Assembly (NCBI GenBank): GCA_031409815.1
Contig: JANNXV010000138.1
Coordinates: forward strand, 1 to 61,892
Direction of reading: 5' to 3'
Source of the DNA: Bacteroidota bacterium
GTDB lineage: Bacteria; Bacteroidota; Bacteroidia; AKYH767-A; OLB10
Length of the DNA: 61,892 bases
The notes beneath the pieces were generated by a model, which saw only the letters and a list, made by a program, of their open reading frames with translations, was not told the DNA's origin and ran no database searches. This document shows, piece after piece, positions 28,291 to 38,050 of the stretch (within the stretch, counting starts at the first letter, position 1; each line of letters starts with the position of its first letter). A program made the translations under genes and the position numbers.

Positions 28291-30183
28291 TTATTTTTGG
28301 ATGACAGCTCTTTTTGTTATTGTTTCATTCTCTGTAACAATATTGATAATGTAATTACCATTTGTTTCGTTGCTTAGATCAATTGAAAGCAAATTTCCTT
28401 CTGATTTATCATAAGACATTTGTTTAACTATTTTACCCAAAACATTTGTAACTGATATTTCCATTTTTGAAGAAGAAATACTTTCTACATCTAAAATTAC
28501 ATTGCCAGTAGATGGAGTTGGATAAAGGCTAACTGCTTTTGTGTTATTATTATCATTGATTCCGGTTACATTCCATGGGCTCAAGAAAATCTGATCTAAA
28601 TAAGCATTGTTACCATAATCTGATGTGGCTTTGAAGGCAACCAAAATATCGGTTTGACCAACATATGCTGATAAATCTATTGACTCTGCTCTCCATCCGG
28701 ATGCAGCAGGGGTATAAGGATTTGTATTGGCTGCAGTAACTGTTGCAAGTGTAGCTCCACTTTTATTCCAAATAGAAGTCCAGCTGGTGCCGCAATTTGT
28801 AGAAAGTAAAACTTCTAAGCGATCGTTACTGTTGGCCCCAGTTGTGGCGTAACGTTGATGTGCAACTTTAAATGTTAAAGTAGGAGCAATGGCAGTTGTC
28901 AAATCAAACTGTGGCAAAGGGTAAAGTGCGTCAATTTGGCCTGCAGCACTATTATAGAAATCAACTTTAGCAGATCCGGTTCCGGGTGCAGTAGAGTTTG
29001 CACTTACACGAGACCAACCTGTAACTCCGTCATTATCTTCCTTAATCCAATTAGCAGGAGGAAATGTAGTTGTTGCAAATGTTTCACTAAAAGCAGTTGT
29101 TGCAGGCAATGGTTGTCCTGAAGCAATGGTGCGATTGTTATTTGATACAATTAAATCAGGAGCTCCATTTGCACTTGTGATTGATACATTTACAGCATGC
29201 ACTCCAGGTGTCATTGGAATAGAACTTAAATTAATAGTAGTAGTTGCCCCTTGGTTTAATGTGCCAGTCCAATTGTAAGTAGTTGGTGTTTGGCTATCCA
29301 GGTAATAATTAATATCCATACTAGTTACTGGAGTAGCTTCATTATTTGTTACGTCAATTGATGGAGTTACCGCACTACAAGTAATTGATGGAACACCTGA
29401 AACAGATACAATAGCCGGATCGATACTAATAATTGCTGGACTATGTCCTGTTTGCATAATTTGTTTATTAGCATCGTCCTGTACCCATACAATAGCTTCT
29501 AACATGGCCCATATTGGGGAAGGATAAGCAGTTGTTGAAGCCGCAATAGTCCATTGCAAATCCGTTACAACTGAATCGTCAATAGCCCAAGTGCCAGGAA
29601 GTGCAGTTCCGGTTCCGTTAGGTAACATTTTACGCATTACATGTGAATATTCACTCTCGCCATTTGGTGAGGTGTAACCATAAATATCGCGCTCTGCAAT
29701 TGCGGTGCGTAATTTTAGATTTGCATTACTAATTGCTTGAGTTGCACGCACAACTGAATGAGTGTAAATAATGTCATTTGCAGGAGAAAATGTATGTGTA
29801 ACAATAATTTCGAATGAAGAAGCTACACTTGCTCTTGTTGTTAATTGATTGGCAGTTACACTGGCTGCATTTCCATTCCAATAATTTCCATCAATAAATG
29901 CATGTGGAGAATAATTGTTTGCATAATAGGTGGTGCGATTCGAAATATCTGTTTGTGCATAAGGCCAGAAATTAGGACCTGCAGATGGAATATTGTTCTG
30001 ATACTTTAGCGAAATCACAATTGATTCATTGGCATCAAGAATTGCATTCATGCCAGGGTTTGCACTTGCACATGGGCCACAAGTTTCGCCTGTAAATTCC
30101 TCAAGTAATACTAGTCTTGGGCTTTGACCGAAACTTATACTGGTCAATAAAATAGCAGTAAATAATACATAAATTTTTTTCAT
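28291..30183 (-). CDS. Omp28-related thioredoxin-like (CGPC) protein with CARDB-like and MAM/choice-of-anchor-J-like domains and T9SS sorting domain
   Basis: Signal peptide, LVLLEEFTGETCGPCASANP, a central Ig-like repeat region, a ..TFPPANWIKEDNDG..GW.. domain, and a C-terminal LYPTPSTGNVIL..NYIINIV tail. Confidence 0.75.
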   Translation of the reverse strand: MKKIYVLFTAILLTSISFGQSPRLVLLEEFTGETCGPCASANPGMNAILDANESIVISLKYQNNIPSAGPNFWPYAQTDISNRTTYYANNYSPHAFIDGNYWNGNAASVTANQLTTRASVASSFEIIVTHTFSPANDIIYTHSVVRATQAISNANLKLRTAIAERDIYGYTSPNGESEYSHVMRKMLPNGTGTALPGTWAIDDSVVTDLQWTIAASTTAYPSPIWAMLEAIVWVQDDANKQIMQTGHSPAIISIDPAIVSVSGVPSITCSAVTPSIDVTNNEATPVTSMDINYYLDSQTPTTYNWTGTLNQGATTTINLSSIPMTPGVHAVNVSITSANGAPDLIVSNNNRTIASGQPLPATTAFSETFATTTFPPANWIKEDNDGVTGWSRVSANSTAPGTGSAKVDFYNSAAGQIDALYPLPQFDLTTAIAPTLTFKVAHQRYATTGANSNDRLEVLLSTNCGTSWTSIWNKSGATLATVTAANTNPYTPAASGWRAESIDLSAYVGQTDILVAFKATSDYGNNAYLDQIFLSPWNVTGINDNNNTKAVSLYPTPSTGNVILDVESISSSKMEISVTNVLGKIVKQMSYDKSEGNLLSIDLSNETNGNYIINIVTENETITKRAVIQK

Positions 30184-30272
30184 GAGATTTTTTTTAGAAA
30201 TTAAATATTTGTGGGAATGAGTTGGTAAAGCTAAAAATTATTTCCTGATATTCAACTTGCGAAAAGAATTTT

Positions 30273-30311
30273 TACAAAAAAAAGGCTTGACAATTTGTCA
30301 AGCCTTTTTTT
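30273..30311 (-). terminator. rho-independent terminator
   Basis: Perfect 12-bp stem aaaggcttgaca / tgtcaagccttt with a 3-nt loop, plus an A-run and a T-run. Confidence 0.8.
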
Positions 30312-30329
30312 GTAAACTAAAAAAGACAA

Positions 30330-32234
30330 TTATTTCTGAATTAATGCTCTCTTAATAACTGTTTCGTTTTCAGTTACAATTTTAATCAAGTAATTACCAT
30401 TTGGTTCATTACTTAAATCAAGTGAAATTACATTTCCATCAGATTTATCGTAAGTCATTTGTTTAACTAATTTACCTAATACGTTGGTAACGAATAACTC
30501 CATTTTTGAAGCCGCAATTCCATCCACATTGATATTTAACTGTCCAGTAGAAGGGCTAGGAAAAATACTTACTGCTGCCGCAGTATTGTTATCAGATATA
30601 CCCGTTACATTCCAAGGCGATAAATTTACTTGATCAACATATGCATTGTTTCCACGATCAGAAGTTGCTTTGAATGCTAATAATACATTCGGCTGGCCAA
30701 TATAAGCGGTAAGGTCCACAGACTCCGCTCTCCAATGACTGAGTGCAGCAGTATAAGGATTGGTATTAGCGGTAGCAACTGTGGCAAGGTCAACGCCACT
30801 TTTACTCCAAACAGTGCTCCAGTTTGCGCCACAATCAGTTGAAGCTACTACTTCCAGCTTGTCATTACTTCTTGTACCTGATAATTTATATCGTTGATGA
30901 GCAACATTAAATGTTAATGTTGGTGCAATTGCAGTGCTTAAATCTGCAGGTGATAGTGCATAAAGAATATCAATCTCAGCTAATGGGCTATTGTAAAAAT
31001 CCATCTTGGCACAGCCTGTTCCGGGAGGGTTTGAATTAGCGGCTGAGCGTTTCCATCCACTTAGTTGATCGTTATCTTCTATAACCCAATCTTGTGGTGG
31101 AAATGTTTGTGAAGCAAAATTTTGTGTTAAAGATGTGGAGGCCGCTAATGGCTGACCACAAGAAATAGATTTCGAATTATTAGCAGTAAGCACATCAGGA
31201 GCTCCATTAACATTCGTAATATTTACTGCAATATTGTGTGAGCCTGCAGCAATTGAAACGCCTGGTAAAGTAATATTTACAGTTGCTGCTTGGTTGATTG
31301 TGCCTGACCAATTGTAAACTGAAGGAGTTTGACCATCAATTGCATATTCAATATCAAGACTGGTTACTGCCGATTGCTCATTATTTGTTACTGCAATGGT
31401 TGCGGCAACATTACCTGTGCAACTAACTGTTGGCGCGCTAATACTTATGATTGCCGGATCAACTGCAATTAAAGCAGGGCTGTGTCCGGTTTGCATAATT
31501 TGTTTACTTCCAGTACCAGTAACATCATTTTGCACCCATACGATAGCCTCAAGCATTGCCCAAATAGGCATAGGATAACTGGTAGGTGAAGCAGCTATAG
31601 TCCACTGTTCATTAATAACAACAGAATCACCAATAACCCATGTTGAAGGAAGAGCTGTACCCGTACCGTTAGGTAATAATTTACGCATTACGTGTGAATA
31701 TTCGTTTTCACCATTTGGAGATGTATAACCATAAACATCACGCTCTGCTACCGCAATCCTTGCTTTGTAGGTGCCGGTTGATACCGTTTGAGTGGCACGA
31801 ATAACTGTGTGTATATAAATAATATCATTTGCCGGTGAAAAATAGTGTGATACCTCAATATCAAATGGAGAAGCAACAGCAGCCCTGGTGTTTAATTGCC
31901 CATTGGTAACACTTGCAGCATTGCCATTCCAATAATTGCCATCTATAAAAGCATGTGGAGAGTAATTATTTGCATAATACGAAGTACGATTCGAAATGTC
32001 AGTTGTGTTATACAGATAAAAATTAGGTCCAGTAGAAGGAATATTGTTTTGATATTTCAAAGAAATTACATCGGCTGAATGTCCATTTAGAATGGCGTTC
32101 AAACCTGGATTTGCACTTGCGCAAGGGCCACAAGTTTCACCGGTAAATTCTTCTACAAGCACTAATCGCGGACTTTGACCAAAACTTAAACTAGTCAATA
32201 GTGCCATTACAAATAAAATGTACAGTTTTTTCAT
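30330..32234 (-). CDS. Omp28-related thioredoxin-like (CGPC) T9SS cargo, paralog of 28291..30183
   Basis: Same architecture as the downstream paralog and colinear with it throughout (roughly three quarters identical by eye). It carries LVLVEEFTGETCGPCASANP and the tail IFPSPSTGQLNI..NYLIKIV. Confidence 0.75.
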   Translation of the reverse strand: MKKLYILFVMALLTSLSFGQSPRLVLVEEFTGETCGPCASANPGLNAILNGHSADVISLKYQNNIPSTGPNFYLYNTTDISNRTSYYANNYSPHAFIDGNYWNGNAASVTNGQLNTRAAVASPFDIEVSHYFSPANDIIYIHTVIRATQTVSTGTYKARIAVAERDVYGYTSPNGENEYSHVMRKLLPNGTGTALPSTWVIGDSVVINEQWTIAASPTSYPMPIWAMLEAIVWVQNDVTGTGSKQIMQTGHSPALIAVDPAIISISAPTVSCTGNVAATIAVTNNEQSAVTSLDIEYAIDGQTPSVYNWSGTINQAATVNITLPGVSIAAGSHNIAVNITNVNGAPDVLTANNSKSISCGQPLAASTSLTQNFASQTFPPQDWVIEDNDQLSGWKRSAANSNPPGTGCAKMDFYNSPLAEIDILYALSPADLSTAIAPTLTFNVAHQRYKLSGTRSNDKLEVVASTDCGANWSTVWSKSGVDLATVATANTNPYTAALSHWRAESVDLTAYIGQPNVLLAFKATSDRGNNAYVDQVNLSPWNVTGISDNNTAAAVSIFPSPSTGQLNINVDGIAASKMELFVTNVLGKLVKQMTYDKSDGNVISLDLSNEPNGNYLIKIVTENETVIKRALIQK

Positions 32235-32463
32235 GATATGTTTGATTTATTTTTTTTGGAATTAATTGGTAAAGGTAATAAATATCGGTAGAAATCAAAG
32301 GTTCGATTGTTCAAAACTGCTTGGCAATCGTTTTTTTTTGGAAATCCAGCCTTAATGAAATAATATGACAGGATAATTACATAATTATTTATCTAAGATG
32401 AAGATTGCTTTTGTTATTCTCGCTTATTTTGCCTTTCTTTACATTCTCAAAAAACTATTTAAA

Positions 32464-33186
32464 ATGAAAAAAACAATACTTTATTATTTTGTAGTAACAA
32501 TGCTTGTGTTTGTAACCAATACTGCCAAGTCCCAATTTATCTTGACAAATTTCACAACTGAAAACACAGAATTGGACACATTGATAACCATTGATTCTTA
32601 TGGAACAATTGAGAATCTTAGTCCTGATACCATGTACATTGGTTTAATCAGAACCATTCAATATCTTGTACCGGGCCATGAGGAAAATTTCTGCCATGGA
32701 CCAAGTTGTTATCCTCCAGGTACAGATAGCTCATTACTGGCTGATCCGGCAATTATACCTCCGGGAGGCTCTGATGGTGATTTCCACGTAACAGTTCTTG
32801 CTCATGGTGCATGCGGAACCAGCTCAATTCGCTATAATTTTTATGATCAGAACAATGTTTCGAATAGTATACCAATTGATTTGACTTTTGGCTTTTGCAC
32901 TGCTACCAGTGTTAATGAGCTTACATCATCAAATGGTGTTAGTCGTCCAAAAGGCAACCCTGCAAATGCTTACACTTCATTCTCATTTAATCTTGAAAAC
33001 AATAAAGGAAACACTCAATTAAGGATTTATAATATGCTTGGCTCATTGGTTCAATCTTTTGCATTACCACAGAAAAATGGCGAACTTGTTGTTAACACAT
33101 CTGAATACAAACAAGGGGTTTACTTGTGCTCTGTTATGAATAACAATAGGGTAGTTAGTACTTATAAATTAATCGTTCAGCATTAA
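32464..33186 (+). CDS. secreted hypothetical protein with T9SS-like C-terminal domain
   Basis: Signal peptide (YYFVVTMLVFVTNTAKSQ) and a C-terminal ..GNPANAYTSFSF..GVYLCSV..YKLIVQH tail. The track ORF starts at 32398. Confidence 0.7.
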   Translation: MKKTILYYFVVTMLVFVTNTAKSQFILTNFTTENTELDTLITIDSYGTIENLSPDTMYIGLIRTIQYLVPGHEENFCHGPSCYPPGTDSSLLADPAIIPPGGSDGDFHVTVLAHGACGTSSIRYNFYDQNNVSNSIPIDLTFGFCTATSVNELTSSNGVSRPKGNPANAYTSFSFNLENNKGNTQLRIYNMLGSLVQSFALPQKNGELVVNTSEYKQGVYLCSVMNNNRVVSTYKLIVQH

Positions 33187-33203
33187 AAAAAATAGTAATA
33201 TTA

Positions 33204-33242
33204 ATCCGGTCAGTAATTAAAATTATTGACCGGATTTTTTTT
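33204..33242 (+). terminator. rho-independent terminator
   Basis: atccggtcagtaatt / aattattgaccggat forms a 15-position stem with 1 mismatch, followed by T8. Confidence 0.8.
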
Positions 33243-33308
33243 GTCGATTGACCAACGGTACCTTTTTATATTAATTTTTAAAAATCTTAGTCGTTGCCTT
33301 TACAAGCT

Positions 33309-33316
33309 TAAATTTG
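33309..33316 (+). promoter_or_regulatory. candidate -7 box TAAATTTG
   Basis: Matches TAnnTTTG 23 nt upstream of the J-protein ATG, with a TTG about 20 nt further upstream. Confidence 0.4.
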
Positions 33317-33338
33317 TAGTTTATAACATTTCAACAAG

Positions 33339-34277
33339 ATGAATTATAAAGACTATTATAAAACGCTTGGTGTAAATAAAGATGCCACCCAGGATGAAAT
33401 TAAAAAGGCTTTTCGAAAACTAGCTTTAAAATATCATCCTGATAAGAATACTGGCGATTCAAAAGCTGAAGAAACATTTAAAGAAATAAACGAAGCAAAT
33501 GAAGTTCTTTCAGATGTTGAAAAGAGAAGAAAGTACGATGAACTAAGAGATAATTATAGCGCCTTTCAGCAAAAAGGTGGCAACTCAGGCAATTTTGATT
33601 GGAGTAAGTATGCTAGCCAAGGCACACGCAACGCTAATGAGAACAGCGATTATTTTGGAGGGAGTGAAGATTTTTCTGATTTTTTTGAAAGCATTTTTGG
33701 TGGTCAGTTCAGCGGTGGTTCAAGAGGTGCAAAACAAGGGAATGGCAGGTCAACAAGAGGTGGTGACATGAATGCCGAACTTGCTTTAACTTTAGAAGAG
33801 GCGTACCATGGAGGTAACAAACAAATTTTATTGAATGGAGAAAAAATAAATTTAAAGATCAAAGCTGGAATCAGAGATGGTCAGGTACTGCGCATGAAGG
33901 GCAAGGGTTCTACCGTATCTAACGGACGAGTAAGCGGAGATTTATTTATTACCATAAAGCATATAAAACATAAAAGCTATGAACTTAAAGGTGACGATTT
34001 GTATTTTAATCAGACACTTCCAATTTATACTGCTGTTTTAGGAGGCAAGTTGACTGTAGATGTTTTTGGCAGAAAGGTGAATGTGAGTATTCCAGAAGGA
34101 ACGGATAGCGGTAAGGTTTTCAGATTGAAAGGTATCGGAATGCCTCTATTTGAAAACAATGATAAGCATGGCGATGCTTATGTAAAAATAATGATTTCGG
34201 TTCCTAAAAATATTTCAAAGGAAGAAAGGGAATTGTATTCAAGATTGTTAAATATTCGAACAACTATGAAATCTTGA
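33339..34277 (+). CDS. J-domain co-chaperone, CbpA-like (DnaJ C-terminal domains, no zinc finger)
   Basis: [34 protein letters not shown] domain, a G/F-rich linker, and DnaJ-type C-terminal beta domains. CxxCxGxG repeats are absent. Confidence 0.85.
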   Translation: MNYKDYYKTLGVNKDATQDEIKKAFRKLALKYHPDKNTGDSKAEETFKEINEANEVLSDVEKRRKYDELRDNYSAFQQKGGNSGNFDWSKYASQGTRNANENSDYFGGSEDFSDFFESIFGGQFSGGSRGAKQGNGRSTRGGDMNAELALTLEEAYHGGNKQILLNGEKINLKIKAGIRDGQVLRMKGKGSTVSNGRVSGDLFITIKHIKHKSYELKGDDLYFNQTLPIYTAVLGGKLTVDVFGRKVNVSIPEGTDSGKVFRLKGIGMPLFENNDKHGDAYVKIMISVPKNISKEERELYSRLLNIRTTMKS

Positions 34278-34459
34278 TTTTGAATGGTCTTTCAATGAAA
34301 GCTATTCTTTAATTATTTTCCCCTTAAAAAGTTGTTCGTCATTTTGAATGGAAATAAAATAATTGCCCGTCATCCGGTTTTTGTAATTCAATTACTTTTT
34401 TTTAAAAGTTATTGAGGATGATAGGCAAAACCGAAATTGATAATACTTTTTTGTAGCTA

Positions 34460-35869
34460 TTATTTTAACCGCTTTGTGATATCTTTCATCACATCATCGA
34501 GTAAATCAAACCGCGAAATTATTTTTCCCTGCTGGTCAATTAATATTAATGCGGGTGTAATATTTACCACATATTTAATGGAAGGTTTGTTGGCTACATC
34601 AGTGGTTTCAAATACATGAGTCCATTCAGGGGATGCAAATTGTTTAATAAAAGAATTCCATTCGCTATTTGTTCCATCATATCCAACAGAGTATATTTTC
34701 AATCCTTTGCTTTTATATTTATTCCAGACAGGCACTATATGCGGTATTTCCTCCTGACAATGAGAACAAGTAGGACTATAAAAAATCAACAATGTAAGTT
34801 TTGACGCTGCAACAGTTTCACTGAGTTTTCTTAAGGTGCCTTTAGGGTCTTTCAATTGAATTTCTTGAAACTGAGAGCCTGCCATTATACTTTCTAAATT
34901 TTTGAGTTGTAATTTAACAACGGCATTTACCATTTCATCCGGGTGTTGTTTTACCCAGGCTTGATACGCCACCAGCAATTGTTCTTCGCGTCTGAAATAA
35001 AACAAATCGTAACAAACCTGTTGCAATCGTTTGGCGCAATCCTGATTTTTCTTAGTCATTAACATAGCATTATTTATCCACTCAGGCGAGTTGTTTGACC
35101 GGTTGCGAATGTTAATATAACTTAGAATAATTCGAGATGAAAGAAAGGTGTAATAAAATGCAGGGTTTGAAAGCGAACTTCTGTTGAAAAAGCTTTTTCT
35201 TAAAGTTTCAATAGAGCTAAAACTTGAGTTAGGTAATATCTCGGAAGGGCAAAATGCTGTTGCACAATAAGAGGTTGGGTAATCCGAAGCTATCTTGCCT
35301 ACCTTGGTTTGGTAATCAAGAAATAAATTTTTTACCTGAGCGAAGTTTGCAGGTAATGAGAGATCGCTTTTTGCATACTTTTGAAGATTGTTCTGCAAGT
35401 TTTTATTGGCATAATTAAGGCGCACAAATGCATTGTTCTCGTTGGAGTTTTTAATGATAATAGTATCACCTGTTTGACCACCACAGTTTATTTCAAGATT
35501 GTAAACTTTTTCTTTGTCAGTAGCTAAAAAGTCGATTTGCAAAGCACCTGCTTTAAACGTTATTTGTTTTGGGTCATTAATTGTAAGACTATAGCTGAAT
35601 ATTCCGTTGGCATTTACAGGAATTTCTTTGAATTCACTTCCCATCACATTGTATTCTCTGATTTTTACTGTTTTTAAAGCAGTGCAGGGACTTATGAATT
35701 TTCCACGAACTTCAATATTAGTTTCAGATGGCGGAAATTCGCTACCATGGTATTTATTTATAACCGAAAAATTGGGCGATTCCGGTTGTACACCACTAAT
35801 TTTTGCGATTGAAGCAATTACGCTAGTTGAAAGCATAATTGCCAGCGTTAAAAGAAACGATTTTTGCAT
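34460..35869 (-). CDS. TlpA-like thiol:disulfide oxidoreductase with long N-terminal extension
   Basis: Signal peptide from MQKSFLLTLAIML, about 330 aa of beta-rich then helical N-terminal region, and a C-terminal thioredoxin fold with FYSPTCSHCQ. The track ORF extends to 35968. Confidence 0.8.
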   Translation of the reverse strand: MQKSFLLTLAIMLSTSVIASIAKISGVQPESPNFSVINKYHGSEFPPSETNIEVRGKFISPCTALKTVKIREYNVMGSEFKEIPVNANGIFSYSLTINDPKQITFKAGALQIDFLATDKEKVYNLEINCGGQTGDTIIIKNSNENNAFVRLNYANKNLQNNLQKYAKSDLSLPANFAQVKNLFLDYQTKVGKIASDYPTSYCATAFCPSEILPNSSFSSIETLRKSFFNRSSLSNPAFYYTFLSSRIILSYINIRNRSNNSPEWINNAMLMTKKNQDCAKRLQQVCYDLFYFRREEQLLVAYQAWVKQHPDEMVNAVVKLQLKNLESIMAGSQFQEIQLKDPKGTLRKLSETVAASKLTLLIFYSPTCSHCQEEIPHIVPVWNKYKSKGLKIYSVGYDGTNSEWNSFIKQFASPEWTHVFETTDVANKPSIKYVVNITPALILIDQQGKIISRFDLLDDVMKDITKRLK

Positions 35870-36319
35870 TTGATTCTGATTTGTTTTAATATTTTGTATA
35901 GTATATTTACCAATTACTCTTATGTTATTTGAACGATTGGATTGATCATTCAAAAACAATTTTAACAAATCTAGAAATATTTTGTCTCATTTTTATTTTA
36001 CCTTTCCGAAATTAATTTTGTTTTCATAAAGACGAATTTTATTTTCAATAAATCGAGATTGGAAATACAACTAAATTCTTGCAAATCGTCTAAAGAAGTT
36101 GTTGTCTTTAACTTCGAGTTGATTTAAAATTATTACTAATCAAATCAGTCTCTGTTTTCAACAAGCAAGAATCATAGTCTTTCTTTATTGATTTAAGGGA
36201 TATTAAAGATAATAATTGATTTGATAGTCGAGTTATGTGAAGTCACAACTAATGTTTTAAGTATGAAAAACAGCAACTCTAAAATCATTTGGAATAAAAA
36301 TTCATTAGGATAAGTGATA

Positions 36320-37999
36320 TTATATTATAACAATCTTTCCTCTATAAACTACTTTATCGCGAAGTAATAATACTTCATAAATACCTGGTTCCAGATTTTT
36401 ACAATCAATGCGTGCGTCACTAAAATTGTTTGCTAGTTTTTGACTAAGTACTTCCTGGCCAACAGTGTTAAATAATTTAATTTCATCAATATTTTCAAAA
36501 GAATTTTTTTTACCTGATATTACAAAATAATCATTGGTTGGATTAGGGAATAGATTTATCTCGGAATTGTAGATGTTTTCATTTATCATAACACCTGAAG
36601 CTGCAAGTTTTGCCAGAAAGAGGTCTGCATTGCCGGTTGTAGTAGAATTAGTTATTGATATGTTGCCAAAATATGTTGTATTACTAGCAAAGGCGCCTCC
36701 AACATAACAATTATCATTTATGTCAATAGCAACGCAAGCACCTTCTTCCGATTGATCTCCAATTGTATTTAAAGCCCATACTGCGTTACCATTAAAATCA
36801 TATTTCACGAGGAATAAATCTGTAGTTCCATTAATACCACTATTGGTTAAAATAATATTATCAAAGGCTATAGTGTCACTTGTAAATAGCCCACATAAAT
36901 ACAATCCGGATAAGTTACACTGTAAATTGTATCCCCAATCAAAAAATCCGGCATTCCCGGCATGCTTTGCCCACTGTAATATTCCGTTTGAATTATATTT
37001 TGCAACAAACGCATCAAACCCTGAACCGGCATTGTTAAAGGTGCTTGGTCCAAATGTAATCGATGGACTTTCAAATGCCCCTGTAACATAAACATTCCCA
37101 TTCCTATCAGAGGCAATTCCTTTTCCTGCATCCTCCCCAATATCTCCTTCGCTAATCGCCCAAACTACATTACCTAATGAATCGAATTTTGTGATGAATA
37201 TATCGTAGTCTCCTACGTCAAAAAGGGTGTAGTTGCCAAATATTATTTGACCACTATTAAATGTTCCGGTAATGTAAATATTGTTCGATTGATCAACGCA
37301 TAAACCGTAGGGGAAATCTGTAAAATTGTCGCCATAACTTTTTGCCCATAATACTTGTCCGTCATCATTAAATCTGGCTAAGAAAACATCATACATTCCT
37401 TGATTAATTAACATTGAGTCGCCTAACACAATATTTCCTGAAAATTGCCCAGTAACATAACCATTACCTAAGGCATCAATATCTAAACTAATTCCTTCAC
37501 TAATAGCAAAACCTTTTGCGTTAAATGCCCAAATTTCATTACCTGCTTCATCATATTTAAGCACCATCATATCCGGAAGTCCTGTTACAGTGTTCACTAA
37601 AACTGAATCTCCAAAATGAAGGCTGTCGCTAGCAAAGTTTCCGGTTATATAGATGTTGCCGTTTAAATCAGTAGTGATGCTCTTGCCATAATCGTTGTTC
37701 ACTCCACCGCAACTTTTTGCCCATAATGCATGATTAGATGGATCGTATTTAACTATAAACAAATCACCAGTGCCCAAAGCGCCTGCAGAATTTAATAAAG
37801 TAATACCATCAAAATCAATTTGTGGGCTTTGAAACATGCCTGTCTCATAAATATTGCCTTGCAAATCGGTTGTAATGGCATAAACTTGATCACTGTTGTA
37901 TCCTCCAGCACTTTTTGCCCATGCCCAATTATAACTTTGAGAAAAAGACTTGCTACAAGAAATAATTATGAAAAGCAAAATAAATCGAAATGGTTTCAT
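36320..37999 (-). CDS. SBBP-repeat seven-bladed beta-propeller protein with T9SS sorting domain
   Basis: Signal peptide; seven units of type D.F..KYD..GN..WAK..GG......v..D..GN.Y.TG.F; and the tail LFPNPTNDYFVISG..GIYEVLL. Confidence 0.85.
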   Translation of the reverse strand: MKPFRFILLFIIISCSKSFSQSYNWAWAKSAGGYNSDQVYAITTDLQGNIYETGMFQSPQIDFDGITLLNSAGALGTGDLFIVKYDPSNHALWAKSCGGVNNDYGKSITTDLNGNIYITGNFASDSLHFGDSVLVNTVTGLPDMMVLKYDEAGNEIWAFNAKGFAISEGISLDIDALGNGYVTGQFSGNIVLGDSMLINQGMYDVFLARFNDDGQVLWAKSYGDNFTDFPYGLCVDQSNNIYITGTFNSGQIIFGNYTLFDVGDYDIFITKFDSLGNVVWAISEGDIGEDAGKGIASDRNGNVYVTGAFESPSITFGPSTFNNAGSGFDAFVAKYNSNGILQWAKHAGNAGFFDWGYNLQCNLSGLYLCGLFTSDTIAFDNIILTNSGINGTTDLFLVKYDFNGNAVWALNTIGDQSEEGACVAIDINDNCYVGGAFASNTTYFGNISITNSTTTGNADLFLAKLAASGVMINENIYNSEINLFPNPTNDYFVISGKKNSFENIDEIKLFNTVGQEVLSQKLANNFSDARIDCKNLEPGIYEVLLLRDKVVYRGKIVII

Positions 38000-38050
38000 T
38001 TGTTTTGTTTTAATGTATGTAAAAATTCAGTTCTGTTGCATTTCCATTAA

